DNA from: a virus
Length of the DNA stretch: 64,000 nt
Virus record (IMG/VR): IMGVR_UViG_3300048080_000243
Strand: one strand, 5' to 3'
Each line of letters begins with the position of its first letter. Within the stretch, counting starts at the first letter, position 1. Of this stretch, positions 36,793 through 45,595 are shown in pieces. A program made the translations under genes and the position numbers. The notes under the pieces are model-generated. The model was not told the origin of the DNA. It worked only from the letters and a program-made list of their open reading frames with translations, and did no database searches.

Positions 36793-36821
36793 ATTTTAGC
36801 CCCTGACGGCCTCGGCGTCAA
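36793..36821 (-). promoter_or_regulatory. sigma70-like promoter of the lysis cassette with TGACG-N7-CGTCA palindrome
   Basis: TTGACG-17 nt-TAAAAT; inverted repeat 36804-36820 over the -35 and spacer. Confidence 0.75.
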
Positions 36822-37312
36822 GAGATGGAGACTTCGTTGCCCGCCACATCACGACGACGCCCTCCATGCGGACAATACCCATAAGCGCCTAGACTAGCAT
36901 TGCAGTTTGAACACAAAACTCTAAACCCGCTTGGAAACTTACGTCTTTTCAAATCGTAGTACACGGACTGGCCGCCCCCACCCACCAAACGACGGTGCTT
37001 CATTCCACCACCTCCAACATGATCCAAAACCAAAAACTCTAACTTGTTTTCACTACAACAGTCACAACGCAAAGTCCCGCCGGAATAGTGCGACAGTGCT
37101 TTCATTCTGTTGACCCAGCGATGACACCTGCCATTCTTTACAAACCACCGGCGATTTACCGCTCGCTTCCACGGTCGCATACAATCCCTGCAGTACCCCT
37201 GAAAACCGTCATATCGGGATTTGTTTTTGCCAAACTTTACGCCGGGACTCCCGTTCGATCTCTTGCACTTTGGGCAGATTTTAGGGGGCCGTTCCTGTCC
37301 ACAACCTTCCAC
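36818..37312 (-). CDS. HNH (His-Me finger) homing endonuclease overlapping the purZ 3' end
   Basis: CPKC, YCRDC, CDCC..LVLDH..VLCSNCN; resembles 48663-49238. Confidence 0.85.
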   Translation of the reverse strand: MEGCGQERPPKICPKCKRSNGSPGVKFGKNKSRYDGFQGYCRDCMRPWKRAVNRRWFVKNGRCHRWVNRMKALSHYSGGTLRCDCCSENKLEFLVLDHVGGGGMKHRRLVGGGGQSVYYDLKRRKFPSGFRVLCSNCNASLGAYGYCPHGGRRRDVAGNEVSIS

Positions 37313-38328
37313 CCTTCACCACCTGTCCCGACAAACGCAACAGGACACTTGGCCACCTCCTCCAAATACGACACGAAATCTTTGGTTTTCTGCGACAAAT
37401 CATACCATTCAGTCTTACCTTCGTCAATGCTAGACAAGTAGTCAGCGAAGGTCAGGGCGATCTGGTTCGGCTGGTTGAGTTGCACAGCCCGGTGAAAGAG
37501 TTCGGCGTCCCACTCACTCACCCGCCGGACCTTCTTGGTCACGGTCGTGCGTTCAAGCACCGGCTTGCCGACGCGCTTGCTCATTTCATCCCACGTCAGT
37601 TCGTGGAACATGGGCCCGGAGTTCCCGGCCACCCGGATGGGATAGGTCCGTACCACCAGCATGATGTCTGTGACGAGTCGAGGAGAAATCCCGACGTCGG
37701 CACAAAGCTGAGCCGCGTTCGTGTCGGCCGTCGTACAGTACGGCCAAGGACCGTGAATCAAACTCAGACCGGAGCCCTGCGTGCCTTCGAGCAGGATCGA
37801 AGAACCGCCCCGGTGCCAGGCGAGGATGTAATCGATCGTCCTCTCCTTCACCCACGGCCGAAGTTCCGGCACGTCACGAACCAGACGAAACTTCGACGGG
37901 TCGCGCATCAGGCGGCCAAGTCTGGCAGCGCCGACACCCTCTCCGGTCGAGCCGATTCTCTTGTGAAGTTCCCCATCGACCCCGCCCTCGGCCTCGTGCT
38001 CGGTCTTGCTCAGCACGGTCGCCGCTCCGTCAATCATGATGCGGCTCTCGATGTTGGGGTCCACCTGCTTGATCATTTCCAGTTCCTGCAAGAACTGTTC
38101 GGGGGACACCACCGCCCCCGCCCCGATCACGAGGTTGGCGTCGGGGTTGGTCCACCCGCAAGGAATGCTTTGCATCTTGTAAAGCTTCCCGTCGCAGTAG
38201 AACGAATGGCCAGCATTCGGGCCCCCGACGCGAACATGCACGCCGTAATCACGGGCGATATGGTTGACGATCACGCCCTTTCCCTCGGAGCCGTACTGAG
38301 CACCCACCACGACCAAGACTTTGCTCAT
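37237..38328 (-). CDS. purZ: PurZ/PurZ0-like aminodeoxyadenylosuccinate synthetase (PurA paralogue)
   Basis: GAQYGSEGKG (Ser at the PurA Asp13 position), GPNAGH, IGSTGEG, EGTQG, PYCT, PIRVAGNSG, ERTTVTKKVRRV, TFADY. Confidence 0.85.
   Translation of the reverse strand: MSKVLVVVGAQYGSEGKGVIVNHIARDYGVHVRVGGPNAGHSFYCDGKLYKMQSIPCGWTNPDANLVIGAGAVVSPEQFLQELEMIKQVDPNIESRIMIDGAATVLSKTEHEAEGGVDGELHKRIGSTGEGVGAARLGRLMRDPSKFRLVRDVPELRPWVKERTIDYILAWHRGGSSILLEGTQGSGLSLIHGPWPYCTTADTNAAQLCADVGISPRLVTDIMLVVRTYPIRVAGNSGPMFHELTWDEMSKRVGKPVLERTTVTKKVRRVSEWDAELFHRAVQLNQPNQIALTFADYLSSIDEGKTEWYDLSQKTKDFVSYLEEVAKCPVAFVGTGGEGWKVVDRNGPLKSAQSARDRTGVPA
37399..37427 (-). promoter_or_regulatory. sigma70-like promoter embedded in purZ coding sequence, positioned to drive the HNH
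   Basis: TTGACG-17 nt-TATGAT with TGn extension. Confidence 0.7.
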
Positions 38329-38337
38329 GTCTTCTCC

Positions 38338-38883
38338 CTATCGATGACCGAGGTTGAGATACGAAGAGACCGCCGACACCACCGCCCCCGGCGCTACACG
38401 CGACGTGTCGATCACCAGATCCGCGAGCATGGTCAGTTCATCCACTTTCATCTCGGTCCGGTTCTTTCGGACTTCGTCGTAGGACCGCATTTCCTTGACC
38501 TTGCTCACCCTTCCCTTGTACCGGGAAACGAGCGTCCTTTGCGGTGCGCGAAGGTGGATATGGAACACGGCCGGACCGAAAGACCGGCGGATCGCCCGAA
38601 TCTGAGGCTCGATACGCACAGCATCCACGACCAGCCGTGCGCCGGGGTTGTTGTCCACCATTTCATGGACGCCATCACACACCCACTCCCCGTCACGCTT
38701 CTTGTCGAGAAGCTGGCCGAAAGTCTGCAAGCGACTCCGGTGCGCGACACTGTCGTGCGCGAGCTTCATCAGGTACTCGCGCGTCTTGAACACGTCGAAA
38801 TCGTGCTGCCGGATCAGCCCATCGCAGAGCGTGGACTTCCCGACCGCCACAGGGCCCGAGACCAACACAATCAAGCGTTCCAT
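38338..38883 (-). CDS. P-loop nucleotide (NMP-type) kinase
   Basis: LVSGPVAVGKST, LVVDAVR, lid LVSRY, ADLVIDT; 9 nt upstream of purZ. Confidence 0.82.
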   Translation of the reverse strand: MERLIVLVSGPVAVGKSTLCDGLIRQHDFDVFKTREYLMKLAHDSVAHRSRLQTFGQLLDKKRDGEWVCDGVHEMVDNNPGARLVVDAVRIEPQIRAIRRSFGPAVFHIHLRAPQRTLVSRYKGRVSKVKEMRSYDEVRKNRTEMKVDELTMLADLVIDTSRVAPGAVVSAVSSYLNLGHR

Positions 38884-38888
38884 GCCGG

Positions 38889-38897
38889 GTTATTTCG
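38889..38897 (-). promoter_or_regulatory. CGAAATAAC motif, copy 4 (intergenic, 5 nt before the kinase ATG)
   Basis: GTCCGAAATAAC-CCGGC-ATG in a 20-nt gap with no SD. Confidence 0.75.
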
Positions 38898-38903
38898 GAC
38901 GTA

Positions 38904-39437
38904 CTACTTCTTGGCCGGGGCCTTTGGTCCCATATCTGCCACCGCCGTGGCCGTGGCCGCCATCTTCAACGCCTCAAGGGTGACGGGACGGTCGCACTGC
39001 TTGATTCCAAGCATACCACCGAAAATCGTGACTATCGTAACGATGTAGGGTAGCATCGGACGCACAAGAGGCCAGCCCACATCAATCGCCGCAGCCACAA
39101 TCTTACCTAACCGGCGAACACGCTTCACTTCCGCAGCAGCACCATTATCGCCGGTATCGGGCGGATTCGGAGTTGCCGGAACAACCGGTGCCGGAGCAGT
39201 CCCATTCTTGTGGACCTTCTCCCAGTCTTGGAGAATCCGCGTTTGTTCCGCAGATTCATCTTTGATCTTCGAAACGTTACCTTCAAGGTTGATCATTCTC
39301 AGATCGAGGCGACCAACTTGAGCCCCAACCGCCCGGAGACCACCCTCAACCTGCTCGACGCGGCCGTCAAGCTGAGGCAGAACCGCCCCAGTGATTTTGA
39401 CGTGATCGAGGACTTGTTTCTCTTCGTCTGGTGTCAT
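38904..39437 (-). CDS. coiled-coil protein with C-terminal TM
   Basis: Heptad region, P-rich linker, hydrophobic helix. Confidence 0.65.
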   Translation of the reverse strand: MTPDEEKQVLDHVKITGAVLPQLDGRVEQVEGGLRAVGAQVGRLDLRMINLEGNVSKIKDESAEQTRILQDWEKVHKNGTAPAPVVPATPNPPDTGDNGAAAEVKRVRRLGKIVAAAIDVGWPLVRPMLPYIVTIVTIFGGMLGIKQCDRPVTLEALKMAATATAVADMGPKAPAKK

Positions 39438-39449
39438 GGCTCGTCGCTG

Positions 39450-39950
39450 CTACGGTCCGACCTGAATCTCAATCCACGCATTGTGAAGCAAAACATTGGC
39501 AAACAACGTGTCCGAGAGACGGTCGATCTCAACGTACAGCACGTCTCCCACGGCGGCTGCAGGCAACTCCACACTTGTTTCGATGTCCGCGAGAAGACTG
39601 ATGTTGGCGAAAGTATCGGTCTTCAAGACCGTAGTGATCGTGCCGCCTGACGAAAGCGCTTGCCGGTACATCCGCTGCGCTCGCCATGCCACATCCACAG
39701 CCGACGCCGAATCTGCGTCCGACGACCACCGCCACTTCAGTACAACGGGGCTGTTTGCTTTGTAAGTTGCCGGAACAGGCACCCCCACAAACACAACCCC
39801 GCTGTCATTGAGAAGAACTTTCGGGGACCGAACCATGCCCAGTGCAGGCAACGACACAGGACCCGAATTGATCACTGCATCGGGACTGAGCGGGATCACC
39901 AACGTCCCGCTCAGTTCAGCAAGAGATGTTGGGACTCTGAGTGCCGCCAT
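39450..39950 (-). CDS. putative virion accessory beta protein
   Basis: GGGAGG then ATG 39950; beta-sandwich-like composition. Confidence 0.6.
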   Translation of the reverse strand: MAALRVPTSLAELSGTLVIPLSPDAVINSGPVSLPALGMVRSPKVLLNDSGVVFVGVPVPATYKANSPVVLKWRWSSDADSASAVDVAWRAQRMYRQALSSGGTITTVLKTDTFANISLLADIETSVELPAAAVGDVLYVEIDRLSDTLFANVLLHNAWIEIQVGP

Positions 39951-40016
39951 GTTACGCACCTCCCGAAGCCAGCCACATAGGAAAAACAACGCTCGTTTCA
40001 GCAAGAGTATACCGCG

Positions 40017-40238
40017 TCAGACCACTTTCTCGCTATCCTTCTTTCGCTGTGGCCAAAACAAGTGCCCACAAACGACACCCACCGCGAACGGAAGCACGGG
40101 ATGCCGCTGTGCGAAGGCCAACGTCACTTCACTGATCGTGTCGCCCGGCATCGTGTTGGCCGCCACATAGATGTCCCACACGATCAAAATGACGACAACA
40201 ACGATCAGGATTCCGATTGTTACCTTTCGATTGTTCAC
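40017..40238 (-). CDS. small two-TM protein (holin-like)
   Basis: 73 aa, two hydrophobic helices, basic ends. Confidence 0.6.
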   Translation of the reverse strand: MNNRKVTIGILIVVVVILIVWDIYVAANTMPGDTISEVTLAFAQRHPVLPFAVGVVCGHLFWPQRKKDSEKVV

Positions 40239-40741
40239 GACGCAGCCTCCACTGCCGCCTTGAAGCGGCCAACCGCCACCGTCCCGAGGAACAAAGCATC
40301 CGGCTGGTACACGCCGTTCGCGTCCGCAATCAGGATCTCGATTCGCTCGTAAGCAGATCCGAGCAATTCCATCGGAAAGTTCTCCAAAAACTTCGTCGTG
40401 TACTGGCGAACCCCATCATACGCACTCACAGGCTCCGTGGACTTGTCTCGGAAAGAGTCAAGCGATGTGTAGACAACCTCCACAGCCGCAGGGACCTGAA
40501 TCACATCGGTCGGTACGTCAACAGGCGGTACGGGGAGCGGTGCTCCTCCAGACTTGAAGACACGATAGATGATCCTCTTGCTCGCGCTAATGTCGAGGGT
40601 CGCAGACACTTCGATTACGACTTGCTGAACGAACACGACCGTCGGCACCACCGGCATGAAGCGCCAAAAGCCCTTCGGCCGCCGTGGGCCTCCAACCGCC
40701 TTCGTGAAGTCGTCGGTGATGAGCGGGAGCAGCGAAGCCAT
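40235..40741 (-). CDS. hypothetical, putative virion protein
   Basis: 168 aa, beta-rich. Confidence 0.6.
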   Translation of the reverse strand: MASLLPLITDDFTKAVGGPRRPKGFWRFMPVVPTVVFVQQVVIEVSATLDISASKRIIYRVFKSGGAPLPVPPVDVPTDVIQVPAAVEVVYTSLDSFRDKSTEPVSAYDGVRQYTTKFLENFPMELLGSAYERIEILIADANGVYQPDALFLGTVAVGRFKAAVEAAS

Positions 40742-41326
40742 CTATCCCTCCTGATACCAGACGACAGCGTTCGCCCCTGTCCCGGTGAGACTCACCGTGA
40801 CCCCGAGCGTGGCCCGGATCGGTACAGCGAGAGCCGTGGGGACAGACTGATTGGCTGGAACCTTCATCTGATACAAGCCAACTCCACTCGCCAACGAAGC
40901 ATGATCGAAAGCTGTGAGCGTGGCTGCGGCACCTCCTGCCGCCACGACCGCCCCACCGAACAGCCCACGCTTGTTCAGCACCATGAGAGGGCTGGCGCTG
41001 GCAGACAGGACACCAGACGACTTGTATTCACCAATGGGGCGACGAAGCAACGGCACCTGCGACGTGTACGCCTGCACCAACGCATCGTCTGGGTCCGGGA
41101 CCACCGTGGCCCCGGCCTTGAAGCTGGCCTCGAAATCCGCGATCTCGGTGGCATCAGCCAGGTTCGTACAGATGCGGAGTTCTGCGGCCAAATCCACAAG
41201 GAAGACGACGTACTTCGGGTTCGTCGTGTTCGCGGAGTTGTCCTGGTAGTAGAACGACAGGAACGAGGCGACCTTTGCCGCCTTCAGGTTGGTCCACGAG
41301 ATTGGGCTGAATCCGTTGTTCATCAC
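40742..41326 (-). CDS. putative virion accessory protein
   Basis: 194 aa, C-terminal jelly-roll-like strands. Confidence 0.6.
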   Translation of the reverse strand: MMNNGFSPISWTNLKAAKVASFLSFYYQDNSANTTNPKYVVFLVDLAAELRICTNLADATEIADFEASFKAGATVVPDPDDALVQAYTSQVPLLRRPIGEYKSSGVLSASASPLMVLNKRGLFGGAVVAAGGAAATLTAFDHASLASGVGLYQMKVPANQSVPTALAVPIRATLGVTVSLTGTGANAVVWYQEG

Positions 41327-42171
41327 TGCTCCGAGAAGTCGAAGGTGGCGGACAACACCGCGCCGTTCTGATCTGGAATAGCGTAAGACGACACGAAAGC
41401 CGGTCCCACGATCTTGATTGGGACCCCAAGAAAACGGACTACGGATGTCGTCGAGGCTCTAACAACGTCACTCACCACAATCTCCACTGCTCCAGTCACC
41501 CCTATTGCTTTCGCTTTCAGGAAAAACAGAGCGCTGGTTGCGCTGCTGGTCCCAACGACCAATGTGACAAGCGATGCCGTAATGCCTGTGGCGACATAGT
41601 GATGCGACCACAGCGTTCGGTTGTCTCCGCCAGCCGGTCCCAAGCTGGCCAACCCGATGGTGCCGATGGTCCCACCACCGCCAGTGCTATTCACGAACAG
41701 CGTGATAGTGCCAACGTTGGCCCCCCCCCACCCAACCCTCGTGACTACCATCTTCTCGATGAAGCAGATATTCGTGGCGGCCGTAGCAACCGCAACCGCT
41801 CCAGCCAAAGTCACGACCTCGGTGAACGGTCCTGCCCCGGTTTGGTCGTAGTAAGTGAGAGTGACCTGCTGCGCCCCCGTCCCGGCCCCCGTGTCGCTCG
41901 CGCTGGACGATGTGAAAGACCTCTGCGCGTTCACCGTCTGCTCGTTGTAGGTCGTGGCCCGAATCACGTTCAGCGATCCAGCAGTCCCTCCGCCGAGAGT
42001 ACGAATGCCCGTGGAGACGCCCGTGGCGGCATTCGACGGAACGATGGTGATTGGGACTGGGGGCTGGTCGGAAGCCATCGAAACCGGGATCGAAGCCACC
42101 ATGAGCTTCTGACCAAGCAGTGGATTCCCGGTTGCATCATACAGGACAACCGGACCGCCTGAGCGTCCCAC
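41323..42171 (-). CDS. putative virion accessory protein
   Basis: G/T/A-rich; DATGNPLLGQK..ASIPVSMASDQ. Confidence 0.65.
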   Translation of the reverse strand: MGRSGGPVVLYDATGNPLLGQKLMVASIPVSMASDQPPVPITIVPSNAATGVSTGIRTLGGGTAGSLNVIRATTYNEQTVNAQRSFTSSSASDTGAGTGAQQVTLTYYDQTGAGPFTEVVTLAGAVAVATAATNICFIEKMVVTRVGWGGANVGTITLFVNSTGGGGTIGTIGLASLGPAGGDNRTLWSHHYVATGITASLVTLVVGTSSATSALFFLKAKAIGVTGAVEIVVSDVVRASTTSVVRFLGVPIKIVGPAFVSSYAIPDQNGAVLSATFDFSEQ

Positions 42172-42830
42172 TAGGTTAGCTCCGTCACGCGAGCGCTACC
42201 GCTAACACCCGCAGGCCAGATACCTGTGATGATTCCCGTGTAGGCGGGGAAGGGGACCTCATAGAGATCATCCGCCGGAACTTTGGTCGTAAAGCTTGAA
42301 ATCGAAACTCCGCTCCCCAGCTTCAAGTACAAAGTGCGGTTCGTGTCGTTGAAGACGAATGCCCCTTTCCTGTTCACGTTTGCAGCCAGTATGTCAACGG
42401 CAGAAGTGCTACCTGTAACGTCCGATGCGGTTCCAATACTCGGTCGTTGATGGAAAAATGGCCAAGCATTGGCTTCAAAGTTCGGATTTCCCTGATCTGC
42501 GATGACCCGCCACGTCCCATAGGACAGGCCGGACAACAATGTGGCGAAATCCATCCGCAACTGAAGATCTTGAACTGTAACGATATCTTGAATCTTCTTG
42601 ATGCCGTCCGTGTCTTTGATAGACCGAAGCAGCAGTTCAATCGAAAGTAACGTGGACTCGTTGGCCTTCTCATCCACGATCTCTTGCACGAGAATACGAA
42701 TAAGTTCAAGCGTAGCCTGAGCATCCTCATCCGATACTGGAAGCGGTGGAGGATCGTCCGGAGGAAACGGCTTTGCCACCAGCGCATCTTGGTCGATGAG
42801 CGCTTGAATGTCGCTCGGCGTGACACTCAT
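42171..42830 (-). CDS. putative virion accessory protein
   Basis: C-terminal LAANVNRKGAFVFND..LYLKLG..YTGIITG module. Confidence 0.65.
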   Translation of the reverse strand: MSVTPSDIQALIDQDALVAKPFPPDDPPPLPVSDEDAQATLELIRILVQEIVDEKANESTLLSIELLLRSIKDTDGIKKIQDIVTVQDLQLRMDFATLLSGLSYGTWRVIADQGNPNFEANAWPFFHQRPSIGTASDVTGSTSAVDILAANVNRKGAFVFNDTNRTLYLKLGSGVSISSFTTKVPADDLYEVPFPAYTGIITGIWPAGVSGSARVTELT

Positions 42831-43222
42831 ACGACCCGGATGAAGTTGTTGAAGGTTCCCTGCCCGGCCGGGAACGCACCACGCGGGCCCGAACTCGTGC
42901 CCGGAACATCGAGCATTAGCTGATATAACAGCGCCTGATCGATGTCGAGAGCCGCCTTCAAATCCCCGGCGCGAACCGTGTACTTGATCAGACCATCTTT
43001 CGGCGTGATTACGACTTGATCGGCGTGGTTCGAATCCCGCGTATACGGAGTCGGCGTGCTACGCACGCGAACCGCGACGACGACGCGGTAGCCGGTCAGA
43101 TCAAACGGGACCAGTTCGAACTTGCCGGTACTGGGATTGAGCCTTCGCTGAAAAAGCTGGATGCCGAACGTCTCTGTCGTACCGGCAGCGTGATTTGCCG
43201 GAGGCAGTGGAATCTGCGCCAT
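42827..43222 (-). CDS. BppU-N/Ig-like adaptor protein
   Basis: PFDLTGYRV...DGLIKYTV...DL pattern. Confidence 0.5.
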   Translation of the reverse strand: MAQIPLPPANHAAGTTETFGIQLFQRRLNPSTGKFELVPFDLTGYRVVVAVRVRSTPTPYTRDSNHADQVVITPKDGLIKYTVRAGDLKAALDIDQALLYQLMLDVPGTSSGPRGAFPAGQGTFNNFIRVV

Positions 43223-43435
43223 TTACGGCGTAGGTGTTGGCGTTGCGGTCGGCGTTACGGTCGGCGTCGGAGAAAAGGTTTGTGTTTGTGTAAAAGTCGT
43301 CGTCGGAACGTTCGACGCCGGTGTCGCAGTTGCCACCGGCGCAGGACCCGCTGCATAAGTTCCGTTCGGCAGCACCACCGGAAGCACCATCATCACAAAC
43401 ACCAGAGCGGCCATGATTTTCCTTGTTGTGTTCAT
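43223..43435 (-). CDS. secreted Pro/Thr-rich peptide
   Basis: Sec signal ending TYA, then PTTTFTQTQTFSPTPTVTPTATPTPTP; GAGGGG RBS. Confidence 0.65.
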   Translation of the reverse strand: MNTTRKIMAALVFVMMVLPVVLPNGTYAAGPAPVATATPASNVPTTTFTQTQTFSPTPTVTPTATPTPTP

Positions 43436-43455
43436 GCCAGCCCCCTCGGATTGCA

Positions 43456-44898
43456 TTACTGCGTCCACTCGACCACGACGAACACGGCCCACTCTGCGTT
43501 CACTGGAGACCATCCCACGTTCGTGGTGAAACGAACGTCGATGTCATCCCCGGCCACGAACGTCGCTGTCCCGCTGCTGTTGTAGTTCCGCTGCGTGTTC
43601 GTTCCGTCGATCACCACGGACGGGGTTCCAACCACGGAGGCGTTGTTCTTGAACACCACGAAGGTCGCCGTTCCCGCCGTTCGCGCCGCGCTCCCCGACA
43701 CCGAGATCGCCTTGATCCTGCCATTGAACGGCATCCTGAACCGTGCCTGTCCAGCCGGTAGGATGGTCGAAGTCGGCAGGTCCATTGTCGCGTCCGTCTG
43801 GCTCGCCGCCAAGTTCACCATCGTCCACGGCCCATACGAAGACCGGGACTTCGTCGCGTTCCCGTCCACGGTAACCCCGCCACCACCAGTCGTGGTGATC
43901 GTCCCGTCACCGTAGGTCGTGCTTGCTCCAACTACCACAGAAGTGCCTGCTCGCACTGTCCTGTACCTGTTGCCAACCTTGCCAACATCGGTCGAGTTAT
44001 CGTTGTCGGGACGAATAAACCCGGTAGACGGAGCCGTGCGAATGTCGCCTGCCGTCGAATCGATACGAGTTTCCGTTCCCTTCAGCAAAGCGAAACCGGC
44101 CGTCGATTCGATCTGAACGAAACTACCACGGGCAACGACCGAAACCTGCCCGTTACTATAAGCAGAGAGATTCGAGTCGAACGTGTCCTCTTTCATCTCC
44201 GCTGCCCCAAGACCTGCGACGATGTTGACGTTGGTACTTCCATTCAACTGAACTCCGCTGTACGTCGGCCCCCCGTTTAGGGCCGAAGTATTTCCGAGAC
44301 CGGCCACCAAATGAAAGTTGCCAGCGCTGGTCGCCCGTACAAACGCCCCGGACACACCTTCGTTCAGAGTTGCTCCGTAGAGAGGACCCACGTCAACAAA
44401 CGATCCGTCGGCGTTGCAGAACAGGTCCACGTCGATGTCAGAGGCGATGTCGAAGAAGCTCCCCGACGTCTCCTTACCCATCAGGAGCGACTTGCCGTCG
44501 CGCAGCATGCGCAGCGAACCGTGCCTGTATGCGATACCCCCGAACGTGACAGGAGGACCGACCCACGTTGCCGGAGTAGTGCCCGCCGGATCGTACGCCG
44601 CCCAAGCACGATAGAACGTAGATAGGGGACCGCTAGGAATAAAGCTCATAGCATCTTGCGTCACGTTGTCAACCAGTACGCCCGTTGCGCTGAACAAACT
44701 GCGCCTCGTGTAGGTTTGCAACGAAGATGTCCAACTGATCTCCGCAGCGCTGGCTACGGACTGCGTGCCCGCAGCAGCATCCTTCCGAAGATAGCGGGCA
44801 TCGGCACCAGTAATGCTGAGCGGTGTGGACGTCGGAAACAAGGCTGCGCGAGACGGCAAAGCCGACAGCGCCATGAGAAGGGCAAGTGTGAGTTTCAT
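43456..44898 (-). CDS. tail-fibre-like protein carrying an N-terminal signal peptide
   Basis: MKLTLALLMALSALPSRA; IRPDNDNSTDVGKVGNRYRTV fibre motif; C-terminal beta-sandwich. Confidence 0.65.
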   Translation of the reverse strand: MKLTLALLMALSALPSRAALFPTSTPLSITGADARYLRKDAAAGTQSVASAAEISWTSSLQTYTRRSLFSATGVLVDNVTQDAMSFIPSGPLSTFYRAWAAYDPAGTTPATWVGPPVTFGGIAYRHGSLRMLRDGKSLLMGKETSGSFFDIASDIDVDLFCNADGSFVDVGPLYGATLNEGVSGAFVRATSAGNFHLVAGLGNTSALNGGPTYSGVQLNGSTNVNIVAGLGAAEMKEDTFDSNLSAYSNGQVSVVARGSFVQIESTAGFALLKGTETRIDSTAGDIRTAPSTGFIRPDNDNSTDVGKVGNRYRTVRAGTSVVVGASTTYGDGTITTTGGGGVTVDGNATKSRSSYGPWTMVNLAASQTDATMDLPTSTILPAGQARFRMPFNGRIKAISVSGSAARTAGTATFVVFKNNASVVGTPSVVIDGTNTQRNYNSSGTATFVAGDDIDVRFTTNVGWSPVNAEWAVFVVVEWTQ

Positions 44899-44907
44899 CC
44901 CAGCCCC

Positions 44908-45534
44908 CTAAACAGGCTCAACTTCGAGACTGATTTCATACGTCCCAGAAGGGGCATCCGTTCCGAGAGTGATCCCGCTAAGTTGGGCGTAGATCGTGCC
45001 GTCTGCTCCCTTGGTTGTCGTCGATTCATCAGCGTAGTCCAGCGGAGGAGCAGGAATCACATCAATGCGATCAGTACCGCCACTTGAAGAAAACGATTTC
45101 AGATCCGTGACCGCAGACCGTCCAGATTTCTGGTAAATGGCCAAACTGAAATCCGTCGCACCGCTCGGTCGGACTACGGAGATAGACTTGATTTTGCACG
45201 CACGCGCACTCTGGCCACTGAACCCAGAATTGCCAGACACGCTGTCCCGATTGAGCCCACCCACGCCTTTTTCCGGGCTATTCCACCGTGAAGCATGACG
45301 CGGCTGCTGTCCCGACGCCCCAGCAGCCCCAGAACCCACGGCACCATACGCGGACTGCACAGCATCCGGGATGGCCGCATTGACTGGGGTGCCCTTGTAC
45401 GCTGGGTCGGTGAGTGTGCCCGTGATCCGGATAGGGATGTCCACGCTGACCAAAGCCGGGTCCGCGATCACGAACGTCTTGGTCAAATGCAACACCAAGC
45501 CGTCGTACGAACTCACCTTTGCCGCGTCACCCAT
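44908..45534 (-). CDS. putative virion protein
   Basis: 208 aa, S/G/T-rich. Confidence 0.6.
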   Translation of the reverse strand: MGDAAKVSSYDGLVLHLTKTFVIADPALVSVDIPIRITGTLTDPAYKGTPVNAAIPDAVQSAYGAVGSGAAGASGQQPRHASRWNSPEKGVGGLNRDSVSGNSGFSGQSARACKIKSISVVRPSGATDFSLAIYQKSGRSAVTDLKSFSSSGGTDRIDVIPAPPLDYADESTTTKGADGTIYAQLSGITLGTDAPSGTYEISLEVEPV

Positions 45535-45551
45535 GTTCAGCTCCTCAAGTA

Positions 45552-45582
45552 GAAACGGGGGAGGCCGGTGGGCCGCCCCCGC
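45552..45582 (-). terminator. intrinsic terminator-like hairpin
   Basis: CGGGGG-CGGCC-CACC-GGCC-T-CCCCCG followed by TTTCT. Confidence 0.55.
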
Positions 45583-45595
45583 CTAAATCCGACGT

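Noticed and set aside
37237-38328. Ordinary purA auxiliary metabolic gene
   Set aside because: It lacks catalytic Asp13 (GSEGKG rather than GDEGKG) and has PurZ-type loops (PIRVAGNSG, TTVTKKVRR)
40006-40011. TATACT -10 box before gene 39950
   Set aside because: No usable -35 or TGn extension; not enough to call a promoter
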